Assembly: GCA_032718475.1 (NCBI GenBank)
Contig: JAUCBJ010008410.1
Span: forward strand, 1-64,000
DNA: 64,000 nucleotides
Reading direction: 5' to 3'
Source: Nemertoderma westbladi
Lineage: Eukaryota; Animalia; Xenacoelomorpha
A program made the position numbers and the translations under genes. Shown one piece after another: positions 47,559-62,475 of this stretch (positions are counted from its first letter, which is position 1; every line of letters begins with the position of its first letter). Below the pieces are notes generated by a model, which was not told where the DNA came from, did no database searches, and was given only the letters and a program-made list of their open reading frames with translations.

Positions 47559-48239
47559 TGTGACGGGATCTAGGAGTTGTTTTCTAAACCCCGACCGGTG
47601 TGTTGTTTGGTACTATACGCGTCGGCGCGTCCGTAGGCTGCTGAAAGGCTGTAGTCTGAATGTTAAGGCCGAAGGCCGTTTGAATAACTGAGTTTTTAGT
47701 GCCAGTTGTTGTAATGTCAGAACGTAATAATACATTTATTATAGGAAGGGATATAGGGGTCTAATACTAAACGTCTAAACGTAATAATAGCACAGTCAGA
47801 ATATAATAGCACGGTAATGACGACGGTTAAAAACCGTTCCGGTCTCACAACTCTACAGATACCAACTGAATCATAGTCCACAAGTACAGTACAACGGTTA
47901 TATTGTTAATACATATTAGTTACTCCTACTGTACTGAGCGGCCTGGCCAATAGATGCGTTCCAATCACCTGTTTTCCCCTCCCATCATTGGCTAACCTAG
48001 TTAATTTCCATCTCGCCACTCACTCCCTGCTGCCACTATCCCCACGGCTAGCCCTGCTAGCCCCTTTGTCCCTCTGAGATGGTTTATGACCTCTCAACCT
48101 TGTGGCTGGCGATGTGTATCGCCTAAGTTGGTTATTAAGTGACATTATTATTGGTAATGTCACCTTCCCAACTATAATTGGTAAAATGCCACTTTGCCCA
48201 TTTTCCGCTGGGTAGTGCAGGGAATTGAATCCGCTTACA
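47559..48239. mobile_element. Solo LTR inserted in the Kolobok transposase
   Basis: TG..CA ends and a 5-bp TSD AAAAC (47554-47558/48240-48244). Excision restores KHKFLRTRVSLAAA. Confidence 0.85.
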
Positions 48240-48831
48240 AAAACTTGTGTTTTGGAACCCTCAACCAAACCAAGCTGAAGCTTTCGTTCATGTTTTGGGT
48301 GTATCCCAAAACACAACGTCAGAGTAAATTTTAGGTCCGACAAACATTGATATATTGGCAGTAACAAAAGTAGGAATACAGGGTCCAAGTGGTGGTCTTT
48401 AACAGCATTGACTCCAGTCTTCTGATAATCACACCAACTATCTGCGCCTGTAAGGCAATACATATATATGCCTTTGCCCAGGAGTGCCATGGATAACCCC
48501 ATGCCTGAAAGAAGCCAGTATGTTACGTTTCATATTATTTACACAGGCAGTGATTTCACATTCGGTATTAGCTGAACGGTTGATGGATACCTTTATGGCA
48601 TGTCCATAGTAGCGACTAAGATGATCTACAACAGCCACAGTAAGTCGGTGTTTAGCTCCACCAACGAATTTGCCATCTGGTAGTTTACCCTTTTAACCAT
48701 TTTTGAAATCGCGAAGGGCCTTTCCCAATATTTTTTTTACATGATTGACACAATCAATCTTCCGAACACGATTACATTCAAATTTAACTTCATGTTTCTT
48801 ATTTGATTCACCAATCACGTTCTAACCCATT

Positions 48832-49140
48832 TTATCACTGACTTTCTCACTCGTTTCAAAATCATTCTCACTCGTTTTATCATTCAGTTTCACATTCATT
48901 TCATCACTCAGATTCTCATTCATTTCATCAGTGACTTTCTCACTAGTTTCAAAATCATTCTCACTCGTTTTATCATTCGGTTTCACATTCATTTCATCAC
49001 TCAGATTCTCATTCATTTCATCAGTGACTTTCTCACTAGTTTCAAAATCATTCTCACTCGTTTTATCATTCAGTTTCACATTCATTTCATCACTCAGATT
49101 CTCACTCATTTCATCACTCACTTTCTCACTAGTTTCACCA
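48832..49140 (-). repeat. ~3.3 x 93-bp coding tandem repeat (31-aa acidic unit) inside the Kolobok transposase
   Basis: SEKVTDEMNENLSDEMNVKLNDKTSENDFET is repeated. Confidence 0.85.
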
Positions 49141-50484
49141 CTTTCTTTCTCATTTATACAATCTATTTTACATCCGTGTTTCTCGTGTAACCGCCACAGT
49201 TTACATCCTTCTGCACTTTCAATATATTCCAGCTTATCCTTGTTCGACATCGCACTATAATCTTACATCCTTGACAACTACCATATGCATTGGCAATGGC
49301 ATTATATGCAGTACTGTCACCATCACATATCATGCTTGAATATATAAGGCCATTGTTCACATTGCCGATCTGACTTTTCGATTTATTGAATAATTCCATA
49401 CAGATATATGTTTCCATTGACCCGCTAGAACCTGAATAGTTACCTGGGCATTGTGGCAAATGATGTTCCATAAAGTCTTTGTATTCCTTAGAATCTTTCT
49501 TATACCTAGTAAACGCACAGGTCGTACATAATTTATTCCGAGTTCCGAAGTCCAGGACCTTACCAGTTTTCATTGATATTATCACACCAACACCGCTGTT
49601 GGCGGAATTGTCTCCTTGTTCCCAAAGTTCCGTCATAACACACAGTTACCTAAAAAGTTATAGATATAAATATTTGAATAATAAGTTGTAATTTGATATT
49701 TAAATTTTATTTAACATTATATATTTCATTATCATAATAAATATTCTACCTAGCTATAATCCAAAATAATTTTATTACTAACTGAATAAATATAAATTAC
49801 TTACCTTCTGACCTTCAGTTTCCTTTAGAAACTTTTGGGACTCCATCATTGACTCTTCAGCCATCCTTCTTAATAAGTTCATCAATTTTATTTCTATTTC
49901 CACTTTCACATAAGCTGTAGATGATTCTTCCATTCAAATCTGCTGCGTTTTTTGTTGATAATTAGAACTGCTAGAGAATCTCGAACCGGTATCGCCGCCA
50001 GCGCACTGTAGTATTTCGGAATAAGTACACTACACTGAAAATACATAACAGAATCTATTCCTTTCGTTAGATGGTTCAATGGCTCAGAGCTAATAATTCC
50101 CAGGCACCCTCCACTATTATGGGCAGACTTAATAATGTTTATTATGTTATTCACATTTATTATACGATAACCACAGGAAAGGTTTGATTGTTCTATGGGA
50201 ACTTGAACATCAAGTTTCTCTTCCGATCGGGAAGGCATAAGCTGATTGAACTGTTCTTCTATGCATTTTCGGAATCTTGGAGGAGTTCATAAAGTTCAGT
50301 TGTTGGAACTCGTACTAAACTCCGACTGAACTGGATCCTTCCGTGGTAAAACTTCGCGTGTTGTGCACGTTTTCCAATACGTGGCATTGTTATTTAAAAC
50401 AACACTACAACTACGCTAAAATTGAATATTTATTTACCAGAAGCAACATCACTACAACCTGCACACCAGTATGTCAAAGAAAAT

Positions 50485-50586
50485 GAAACACAATAGCAGA
50501 ATTACCGGTACCAGTCTGCCAGTACATCAAACATAAGGAAACACAATAGCAGAATTACCGGTACCAGTCTGCCCGTACATCAAACA
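50485..50586. repeat. 2 x ~49-bp direct repeat (53-bp period) upstream of LINE ORF1
   Basis: GAAACACAATAGCAGAATTACCGGTACCAGTCTGCC occurs at 50485 and 50538. Confidence 0.85.
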
Positions 50587-52903
50587 GAATGATACAATAA
50601 TTAGACTACTGCCTAGACCTATATAAATATTGGAATACTTAAAAGCATCTTATTTACAATGACGCATCCACAGAATATTAATGTCGCAAATGATGAAAAC
50701 GATCACAGTATTATTGCTAGTATTATTTCATCAACCGATGACCCTGAAATAAAGAATTGTTTAAGCTGCTGGTCCCAGGAGGAGACAGGAACTGCAATCA
50801 CCAAAAAACTTAACAAATGTCCAACCAGCCAACTTCGCAAGACAGCCCTTTACATGGGATGTGAAAGGGCGAATGACAACCTCTATAAGGCGCAATTATT
50901 AGTTGAGGTTGTTAAATCAATTGAACGTTTCCTACCTGAGGAATGCGCGAACTGTGGGGCTGACTACTCATGCGAGTTCGGAGAGAAAACCGCTATTCAA
51001 TGTTTTATTTGTCAACAAGGTGTTCACAGTGGTTGTGTCACTGATCCAACGCAAACAGAAGAATATAAAGCACTAACGTCGGCCCGCGGATTTGTCTGGG
51101 TATGCCTCTATTGCCAACAACGGTCCATAGCTGGCAAAGCAATTATTCGCGATAAAGAAGGCAAATCCATTGCCGGTATTCGTAAGTGTCAAATTCTAGG
51201 CGCAGTGGCTACGACTGATGGAGTACCGGTACCGTTGTCGGAACAAATGAGGGTTAAGGAACTGCAAACAAGAAGTCCAACAGTCAATGGGCCAAGTCAG
51301 TTCGAGAGTGATAACTGCATTCTCACCATTACAAACACCGCTACTGGTAGAGACAACACTGATAGTGTTGTACAACAAATTCACCGTCAGTTCCAGTATA
51401 TGGATTCGACCAACCAAACTCAAGTTAGTCGACTACAAAACCGCTTTGATATACTGGACAATGAAGATGATGATGTTGTCGATTTAGGTTCTGTACATTA
51501 TGAAACAGAGGATGAATGGGTAAATCCCAACAGTACTGTTGGTAGAGAGACGTCACCGGTATCACACAACCACAATAAATCGGAACCTCATTCTACAAAC
51601 AGCAGCAATGAAAATAGACCTGTCTGTTGGTTCTTTCACAATGGGAACTGCCAGTTTGGCCGATCGGGATGAGGCTGTTCATATCGACATCCAAAACTTT
51701 GTCTTAAATTCTTAAACAAAGGAAAATCAAGCCAAGGTGGCTGCACTAAGGGGACGTCCTGTAGGTACTTTCACCCCACACTGTGCCGCAATTCTGTCAA
51801 CGAAAAACAATGCCTTAATGGCAAATGTAACTTCTACCATATCCGTGGCACTCAACGTGCCAAGAGGCTGCAGGAAAATCGCGTGGAAGACAGATATAAT
51901 ATCAGGGAACAAAGTGTTGGGCTACAAGGGAATAACATAGTCTCCCGGAGCTACACCAAGTCGAACCTCCCTCCTCATAGAGAAATCGACCAACCAAACA
52001 CCAATTGTCAAATCCAGCAGCGTAACGTGGAATGCTATCGCTATGGTGAAGCTCAGACTTTGCAGACCACGGATCAGAGTTCTTTTTTAGAGAACGCCAT
52101 GGCGGAAATGCAGAACTCGTTTACTATGCAAATGTCTCAGATGCAGGATCAAATATTGGGTATGCAGCGCCAGTTCTCTCACCAACTTCAGCAGTTGGTG
52201 CAGCTACAGTCCCAGGCAGCTGCATCCCCACCTCAAACCCAAACACAATACTATACTCAGCAACCGAGTGTCCAGAACAAACAACAAATGCAAGGTTTTG
52301 CCCAGTCGGGCCAGGTTCATATAGTACCGGTATCCAACCCAACCCAAATTATGGTGTAAACCATGGCTCTTACAGTTATGTAAATAATTTTGAGGATACC
52401 ATTTTTCATAGAGGAATGAGTGCCAATAATAATTTTCGCACTCATATTAATAACTTTGAATTGAATAAAACTAAAGCCAAAATGCAAAACGCTGTTGGTT
52501 CTTCCCCTAAGGAAAATATAAATGCAAATTTTACCAATTTACATAATATTAAGAGCCAGGGCTATACAAATAGTTTCAATTGTGCTCCAAGTAATACTAA
52601 TCTTACTACCGGTTCTACAAACACTAATATTAGTAGTAGTAATACTCATACTACTACTAATAGTAGTAACCAAAAATGGCTCAGTGATGGCAATTTTTCT
52701 AGCTACATGAATTGTTATCAAAATAATATTAATCAACATTTTATTGTACTAAATATCCAAGGGCTACATTTTCAAGGCCAGCCATCTAAAGTACCACATA
52801 TTCAGGACTTGGCTAGTTCTTCTCCCCAATTTATTGCCCTACCCGAAACCCATTTAAATAGTAAGTTTTTGGATGCTGAATTAAAAGTACCAGGCTATAC
52901 CTT

Positions 52904-53476
52904 TGTAACGGGATCGAGGGATCCCGACCGGGTCTAGTAAGTACTCGTCACAGCAGGCTGATATGTCGATGAAATATAAAAGGTTTGAGTTCGGTGTTCA
53001 ACTGGTAGACTGATAATATAATATGAACTATTGATAGCATACAGGCATAGGAGCAATAACCAGAAATAATATGTAGGCCTATAGCAGCACCGCAATGACA
53101 GTCGAACTATGTCGCCAGTCCACGGTAAACTGGTGACTACTGAGTAAACTGACTGGTAGTGGGGCATGCAACATGATATATAGGTTACTGCACTTGTGGC
53201 CTTGTTACTCAGTCGATGCTTGCCCCCCATTGGCCAATAACCTAATTCTCGCCCTCCTATCTCTCTGGGGGTGTTCTCCCCTTGCTACTGTCATTCTCTC
53301 TCTCGGAGGTATCTTGACCTCTAACCTCTATTGTGCGAGGCCCTTTGGGGTTTGTCGTCCCCGTTTATTGGGGTGATACGAGGTTGATTGGCAATCAACC
53401 TCGTGCTTCCCAATATTGCTTAAGGGTCTCGCTGGCCCAACTTTGTGGGGTGGTTAGCGGAATTGATTCGCTAACA
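52904..53476. mobile_element. Solo LTR inserted in the LINE endonuclease
   Basis: TGTAAC...TAACA ends and TSD ACCTT (52899-52903/53477-53481). Excision restores VPGYTLVRADR. Confidence 0.88.
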
Positions 53477-54303
53477 ACCTTAGTTAGGGCTGACAGGGAT
53501 TCTAGAGCCAAAGGAGGTGCCGGTATATATATAAATGATAATATTGTTTTCACAATAATCGAAAAATACTCAAATACTGTGTGAATTCTTGGCTGTTCAT
53601 TTTCAGTGTAGTGATGTGATACCCTAGTATTTGTAGTATATCGGCCTCCTTCCTATGAAATAAAATTATTTAAGGAGTGTTTAAATAGGGTTGAAAATAT
53701 TATTGAATGCGAAAATTTCAATAATAGTAGACTCCTAATCTCTGGGGACTTTAATTTTCCCAACATTTCTTGGGGCAGGGACACTTTTTCATCTCACTCT
53801 CCAATAGCCTCTATAAATTATCAGGGCAATGCATTGCTTGGATTAATGTGACGCTGGTTTATGACCCAGGTCGTTGACAAACCAACCCGCTTGAACAGTA
53901 CCATCGATCTACTTATTACCAACGATTTAGACTACATAGACAAAGTAAATGTATATGGTACCAATTATTCAGACCACAATGTTGTACAAATTTTGACGAG
54001 TAAAATAGAAGCAAACACACAACAAAATATAGAACGCAATAACGTACCGGTGCAAGGTTTTAAGAACCTGAACTTTATTTCTGAAAAAACTGATTGGGTA
54101 TCCGTGAAATCAGAAATTAAAGAAACAGATTGGTCAGAATTATTTCGAGATAAAACGTTGGACCAAAAAGTTGAAATTTTGTTACAAAATTTAGAATCTA
54201 TTTGCGAAAGTAACGTCCCACCGAGAAAACCAAATTCAAAAGCAAAAATTCCCTTAGAGAGACGGTCATTATTTAAAAAACAAACAAAGTTGTTGAAAAG
54301 AAT

Positions 54304-57300
54304 GCACTGTACTGATTACTGCTTACTGACTGCCAGACTGCTCGGCGCCAATATCCCGGAAGTACTCACACAATGTCAAACGATCGTGCCCGTGACGATA
54401 ATAGTGGTGCTTGCGATATGGTTCTACCGGAAACGCAACCACAAGACCTTTACTCCTGGCCAATTACAAACCTCAAGACAGAATTAGGGCGTCTAAATCT
54501 AAAAACTTGTGGATCAAAGACAGATCTGATAAAGAGATTGCAGAATACTAGAAGAAACTCGAACCCAAATGTAATAGGAATACCTGGCGAACCGAACACA
54601 AGTAGTGGCCCCCCCTCTACCGAAAGACCATTACTTTCCTGCCCCACATTATCAGAGAAAATCCTAACTGTCGATTTGGATATGAATGACGAGTATATCG
54701 ATCGTATTGGTAACACCAGTAGTATTTTAGATGATACCGTATCCTGGGATCGCAGCCGCTTGTTCCCAGCACCATCGAGTGGAAACCTATCCGTTCAATC
54801 GGGTGAATTTCGAGATATAATAACACGACTGACCTCCTTAGAGGATGAAGTACACGTACTTCGTTTACAACAAAAAAAACGATAAAACCCGAATATACAA
54901 ACTCGAACAAATTGTGGTAGATCTCAAAAAGCAACGCCTCTCTGAACAAGAATCTAAACACGATACGCAAAATAATTGTGATGACGAGGATGAAATTGTT
55001 TCAGTTGAAGTTGAGAATATCGGTGGAGAAGATAGATCAGCTACCACTACCAGTAACGCTAAAGTACAGGAAACTCTAATCAAGGTACCAATAATGGGTG
55101 AAAATATCGAAACAGGACCCAATATAGACGAGCCACCACAATCGCCACCATACCAGGTCAAAACAACCGGAGATGAATCAATTCCTTGTCTTCTTTTTAT
55201 GGATAGCAATCGAAAATATATATATCCCCGGAAGATACGTCGAGATGCAAAGATGGTTCCTTGTAGTACAGCAGAGGAGTTTGAATCTAAGGTAACCCGA
55301 TTAATTACAATACATAAGAATATAGACAACGTATTTGTACTTACAGGAACAAACGATTTAGACAAATCATCTGCACGATCTGTGAGTAAAAACTTACAGG
55401 CTGGTGTAAAAGTGATAAATAAAGCGTGGCCATCATGTTGTATATCAATTTCCGCTATACTGTGTCGAAAGGATAAGGAAATTTATTACGCTAACCAATT
55501 GATCGAGGACATGTGTAGGGACAACGACTGTAAGTTTATAAAACATTCTAATATAACGCATAGAAATCTGTATGATGATAAACACATCCATCATAAAGAT
55601 ATTGGATTATTGGTGAGAAACATAATTAATATCGTGAGACCTGTATCAGCAACCATTGCGGGACCTGGGCAACGTCCGGGCTACGGCCAACCTGGGCCTT
55701 GGAAACGGCCGCAATACGGTCTGTCGGGGCCCTGGCAACGCCCGAACTACGGCCAATCGGGGCCCTGGCAACGCCCACCTACAACACGTCCGCCAGTATC
55801 AGCTCCAGCTCCAAACTCTGAACCTACTGCGTCAGGATACTCTCCTCATCAACCAGCGGCTACCTCTCCCGCAATGAAGCGTGTGATACAGAACCATGAC
55901 TATAATACCGGCATCGGCATGGTTCCACCGCGCTATTGGGAAGGTTTCCACGAATCGTTCCATACTGCTCCCTCGTCTAGTAGTACCTACAAACATCCGG
56001 GTAACGTGAATACACCCTCCAGAGGCGTGATAGGCGCCCTTATCAGTTTTCTGAACGCGATAGATACTTAACTATGCCAACGCCATCCCCATATGGATCT
56101 ATCAAATTTTATCAAATTTTATTGTTTCTGAAACATATTGACTTTTAATGCACGTTCACATTGTATTCGTTTTTATCACACTTAAATTACTACTAGTACG
56201 TCAGATAATACGTGTCTGCACTTTAGTATTATATTTGTTGATATTATTGAAATTAACCACTTTATTATTCATATCGTATATATCAATGCCATATATCTTG
56301 GTGTTGATAAATATGGTACAAAAAGCTGAAAAATGCTATGAAAATACAGTTTTAAATAGGCCGAATATATTTAGGCTTAATATCCGAAATTTTAAACTTA
56401 ATATTAAACTAAAACATATAAAAAACTTATCATATTTTTTAATGTATTTTTTTGTGACTATATATTTTATTAATTTCCCGATAGCACATACATTTTCGCG
56501 ATGGTACATCGCAGGTTTATACAACATAGTTTCCCTATTACTTATTCTGCTTTACAAAAATTTATTTCGCAAGAGATACTGGGTTATGTTTTTTTTATAT
56601 ATCTTCATTACACCAGCTGGCAACAATAATTATGAAAGCTACACACCAATTAATGACATACGGACAACTAAAATTAGTATTAAAAATTTGGCTTCTGCTA
56701 CACAAAATTGTTATAAACTTCTTTATATAATTTCTTTTGTTAATTTCAAAATATTTAAGCTATTTACTCATTTTCTCTTAACTGGGGTTTTATGATAATA
56801 ATTATTATTAAACTTCTGTTACAAAAATCTGGGGATATCCATCCTAATCCGGGGCCTAATTCCGGCACCAATAAACGTAGAGTGACAAGGTCTAGTAAAT
56901 CAAAAAAGAAAGATAATACAGATCACAAAATTAATAAGCATCTACAAAATAGCGAATCAATATTAGATATAAAAAATATGCTTATAAATACAGCCGATGA
57001 CTTAACAATAATACATATTAATGCAAGAAGTTTAGTCAAACATGGAGACGAGTTGAAGGACATCCTGCTTGGGTCGAGAAACACCATCGTTTCTGTAACT
57101 GAAACTTGGTTGAAACGCCACCACCCTTCTCAAATAATACGTATACCTGGTTTTGATATTTATAGACATGATAGGAAAAAGAAAAAAGGCGGGGGCATTT
57201 TAATGTACATACCAGATACGTATAAATTCAAACAGCGCCCTGACATTCGAGACAATTCGAAATTAGAGACATTATGGGTACAAATAGACAACATATTAAT

Positions 57301-60191
57301 ATGTACTGTATATAAACCACCAAATTTTAATAGCCATGATTTCATAAATGAAATAGAAACAGAGCTAGAAAATGAACTTTTATTAGAACCACATTCGAAA
57401 ATATTAATTCAGGGGGATTGTAATATAAATATATTAAAGGACACACCCATAAATAAGTTGTTCACCAATATGCTAGTTGAAAATGATATACATATATTAA
57501 ACAAAACAAAACCGACCCGATACACTAAAAGATCACGCACATTAATTGACATTGCGGCTACTAATTTAAATTCAAACTTAATAAAATATCATGAAGTGTA
57601 TAACTGTGACTTTTCCGATCACGAGTTTATAGCTACAATTATTTCAAAAGAAGCAATTAAATTAGAACCGAAAGCGGTAGATAAAGAATATATTCAGTAT
57701 CGTGATTTTTCAAAATTTAACGAACAGCTATTTATAAATCTATTAATGGAAATTGACTGGTTTCCAATTTATACTATGGTAGACATCGAACATCAAATGA
57801 CTTACTTTGAACAAAGTATTGCATTTCATCTAAACAATGTGGCACCGCTTAAATACAAATTACACTCAACACAAAGAAAATTATTACAAAACTGCAAATG
57901 GTCAAACGAGTTGTTAGAAGTTCTTCGTAAAGAAAAATATATCTTATTTGCTAAATGGCGGGAAACTAACTTCGAAAACGATTTCAAGTTATTTAAAAAA
58001 GCCAGAAACAAGTTTAACAATCTAAATTAAAAATTAAAAAACCAATATGTCAATAACACATATGCAACATGCACTACAAGTAAGGGGCGGTGGAAAGTAA
58101 TAAATCAAATACTAAATAAATCAACTGAAAGAAATAATATATCAGAAATCAAATACAAGGGAATATTTTATACAGATCCAACAGAAATTGCGCAGGTATT
58201 TAATGAAGTCTACATAGATATAGGGGATTTTACAAAGGTAAACAACATATTTAGTGAAATCCAAAACCATCAAAAACCAATGCAATCATCGCCAAACAAT
58301 GGGCCCTCCTTTAGTTTCAATACTGTTACATCACTACAAATGTATGAAATAATTAATAAGCTAAATGTCTCAAAGTCATCTGGACCTTCTGATATTCCAA
58401 TTAAAATATTCAAATTAATGTCACCACACATATGTGAACCCCTCACAGCTATCTTTAATAATTGTATAACACAATCAAAATTTCCTAGCTCATTAAAAAT
58501 ATCACAAATAACACCAATATATAAAAAGGAGAACCATCTAGATCCAGCCAACTACAGACCTATAGCAGTTACTCAACCAATAGCAAAAATATTCGAACGT
58601 CATTTAGTTAATCAAATTAATACATATTTGTATCAAAATAACCTACTAAATCCATACCAGTTCGGCTTTCGAAAGAAATATTCTACAGTAGACGCCATTA
58701 CGTACGCTACGGAGCAGTGGAGAGCTGAACTCAACCAAGGTAAGTATGTTGCCGTGGCGTTCCTCGACCTCAGCAAGGCCTTTAACTCTCTCAGACACGA
58801 TACTTTACTAAAAGAGCTCGATTCATTAGGATTTAATTCAACGGCTTTAAAATTAATTAAAAATTACCTCTCAGACCGCAAACAGAAAGTTAAAATCGGA
58901 AACATTTCTTCGACATATTTGAACCGAAAAAAGGGGTGTCCCTCAAGGTACCCTAATGGGGCCTTTAATGTACACACTCTATACTAACACTATGCCATCT
59001 CTAGTAACTAAAAATACGTCCATGGTATAATACGCTGACGACACAGCCATATATATATCATAAAGATCCGGTCTACTTAGCAAGCGAATTAAAAAACATC
59101 ATACATAATATTTCAAACATTTTCCAGGCATACAGTCTTCAAGTTAATCCAGATAAAACAGAACTTTTACTTCTACATCCACATAAAAATATAGACAATA
59201 ATATTCCAAAAATAAAAATTAAATTAAACAAAGAATGTATAATAGAACAATCGACTAGCGTACGATATTTAGGTATAAAAATAGACAATAAACTAGAATG
59301 GAAAGAGCAGATTGATTCAGTTATTAGTAAAATGGGTATGGCAATTTCGGGTCTAAGAAAAATTAAAGGGCAATTACCACTAAAAACGAAAATTACTTTA
59401 TATAAAGCATTGGTTTTACCATACCATAATTATTGTTGCCAGCTGCTGTTATCTTTACACAACGAATATGGACACAAAAAATACTGTACCGTTTGGAAAA
59501 AATGCAGAACTTAGCACTACGTTGCATATTTAGCAAAAAACCAAAAGATTGTTCTGCTACCGAACTTCGCACAAAAGCTAAAATTCCAACTCTTTATGCA
59601 TCTCGCGAATACTACGGCATCACCTTTTTACACAAATATTTACTAGGAATAGCAGAACCATTCAAACATCTCGACCTACCATTCTTAAAAAATGAAAACA
59701 AACAAATAAACCCACGAACATTTAAAATTAAAATGCCAAAAACTAAAAATTATTACGGTCATACATCATTAACATATAAATTAATACAAATGTGGAATGA
59801 ACTACCACAGGCAGTAACTTCCCAATACCAACACTTGAAAGAATTTAATGCAACCCTAAAAAAAACATTACCTAACTCAGTACCACCGGGATGATACAAC
59901 ATAACGCAAAAAACAATTACCTTTTTTTCATAGCATCTCGTAAATTGTGTACACTCAGTGATTCATATATTATAATATAATTTGTGCAATATCTAGCTAG
60001 GGTTGTAGTAATTCATTAGGGATTAGAGTAAGTTTATATACATACTGTAGAACCCAACATTAAATGTCTGGGCGGGCCAGTCTGACGTATATTCATTATT
60101 ACCAGTTACCTTGTGTAACTGCCTGTTTTTGTGCATTTATTGCTAATGATTACACAATGCAGTTTGAATATGAAAGAAAGAAAGAAAAGTA
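54304..60191 (+). mobile_element. Full-length L2/Crack/CR1-group LINE nested in the CR1-like element
   Basis: TSD AAAAGAAT (54296-54303/60192-60199) and a (GAAA)n tail. ORF1 at 54373-56071 (frameshifted) has SAP-like and SGNH-esterase-like motifs (DSN, GTND, DDKH). ORF2 at 56792-59894 has APE and RT domains with several stops. Confidence 0.88.
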
Positions 60192-62475
60192 AAAAGAATA
60201 ATAAATTCAACGTCAAAAGTGAAAATAGCCAAATTAAATTCCGATTTGACTAAACTCGATTCAGAGTTATATCTATCTCGCCAGCATGAATCAAAAAGGA
60301 ACGAAATTAATGCCGTGAATAAGATCAAAGTAAATCCGAAATTCTTTTTTTCCTTTGCTAACACGAAATGTAAGGATAAAGTAAATGTTGGTCCTTTTGT
60401 TATTAACGGCAAAATAGTTTCTAATCCCGTTGATGTTTGTGAAACTTTACATGAACAATACCAATCAGTTTTTTCCAATCCAATTGCAGCTCTTAGGGTC
60501 TACTCACCCTCAGAGTTCTTTAAAGTCGATCAAGATACCAAACTAACTGATGTCCCGATTACATTAGAACTTATTATCATGGCTATTGATAAGCAATGTG
60601 CAGCCTCATCGGCAGGTCCTGATGGTATTCCAGCTCTTCTACTCAAATCATGTAAGAATGAGTTGGCCCATCCCCTCTCTATAATCTATCAGGAATCATT
60701 ATCATCTGGTATATTTCCATCTACTTTTAAATTTGGACATATTACCCCAATATTTAAGAAAGGATCCCGACTGGAGCCAATTAATTATCGACCAGTAAGT
60801 CTTACATCCAACTACTAGACCATTACACATACATTCTAGACTTGCTGGCAACGGCTGAAGGAGCCGATCTGATCTACCTTGACTTTGCCAAGGCATTTGA
60901 CAAGGTAGACCACGGCGTCTTACTTCACAAAATTATAAAACTTGGTATCAGCGGTAGTTTGGGAGTGTGGCTCGCAAACTTCCTAACAAATCGGTCCCAG
61001 AAAGTTGTAATAAACGGTGCCAGTTCCCATCCCCAACCCATCCTTAGCGGGGTTCCACAAGGAACGGTACTTGGACCCCTACTGTTCCTTATTATGGTTG
61101 GGGACATTAACACTAACACAAACAATAAATTATCATCATTTGCTGACGACACAAGAGTAACTGCTCCATCTCTTAACAATGATGACAATAATCTACAAAG
61201 AGATTTGAATACAATATATGATTGGGCTGTAAATAACAATATGCATCTGCATGGTGACAAATTTGAGCATCTGCACTACAGCAACAAACCCAAATCTCAT
61301 CCACACAATAGCTACACTTATATAAATTCTACTGGCGACCATTTGATAATAACTTCAGATCATGCAACTAAAGATCTAGGTGTGACCATGAGTGATAATG
61401 GGCGTTTTTCATTACATATCACAAACATTTGTAAAACCGGATCTCAGTTATGTGGCTGGATACTAAGGACATTTACAACCCGTAATGTAATCCCCATGGT
61501 AACCCTTTTTAATTCTCTCGTCCGTCCAAGACTCGAATATTGCTGCCAGTTGTGGAACCCAGCTACTGTAGCTGATATCCAAAAAATTGAAAATGTACAA
61601 CGGGCCTACACCCGCCGCATATTTGGAATGAAGGATATAAATTATTGGGAACGCTTGAAAATGTTACGGTTATATTCGCTCGAGCGGAGGAGAGAAAGGT
61701 ATATAATAATATATACATGGAAAATTATCGAATATAGAGTTCCAAATATTTCAGATTTAACCTATAAAATTTAATCTACAAAAAACATCCGCAGAGGTCG
61801 ACTTTGTACCATACCGTCCCTTGCAAGTAAGGCTACATGTCGCGTCTCCTCTCTTATAGACAACAGTTTTTGTGTTATTGGACCTAAATTATTTAACACC
61901 ATCCCAAAACATATAAGAGACTTGACAGGCTGCGCACTGGAGACTTTTAAAAAGCATCTTGATGCATATCTTTTCACCGTCCCAGATTGTCCCGGCTCGC
62001 CTGGATACACTGACTCTAGACCTATCCAGTCAAACTCCCTAACTAAGGTACAAACAAGTATTAAAATAAATTAAATGGACTACATTTCTTTCATTGCATC
62101 GTTCCATTTAAACAGAAGAATTAGCCAGTTTTTGCACAATTTGTATACAATGTATATTTTTACAATAATGTTTTTTTTTTTTTTTTTCTCATTATTAGTT
62201 ATGTGCATTTTGTGCCTTATTTGCGTAATTTTTACAACTGTAGGCCCGTACTTAATTATTTAATATACTGCAGTTTTTAGGTTTATGTACTTAATTTGGT
62301 GTGCTCTACGAGTTCTACCGTGTGAATTTTAAATCACTAAATATATATAGAAGAATACAAGAATAGACTAATGACAAAGCATTTGAATTTCCCACTATTT
62401 ATTATTTAATTTCAAAATCAGATAATATATACTGTCCACCCCTATATACACCTTAAACCTATACACATATACATA

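Larger units (their letters stand above)
46180..50450 (-). mobile_element. Kolobok DNA transposon (one end visible), transposase pseudogene 47300-50387
   Basis: TTAA followed by a poly-G terminus. Transposase motifs TGKVLD...KLC..C, NYSGSSGSME, ICDGDSTAY, DCVNH, SWC.YQ, AVLAYNEG and YVPGGF. Three subterminal repeats contain CCCGCTAGGGGG. Confidence 0.8.
50600..62075 (+). mobile_element. CR1-like LINE (ORF1 PHD + CCCH fingers; ORF2 APE-RT), with two nested insertions
   Basis: ORF1 at 50659-52359 has a stop at 51670. ORF2 runs from about 52416 to 62070 with LNIQGL, ETHL, GDFNFP, SDHN, LDFAKAFDKVDH, SGVPQGTVLGPLLF, FADD and SLERRRERY motifs. Confidence 0.88.
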
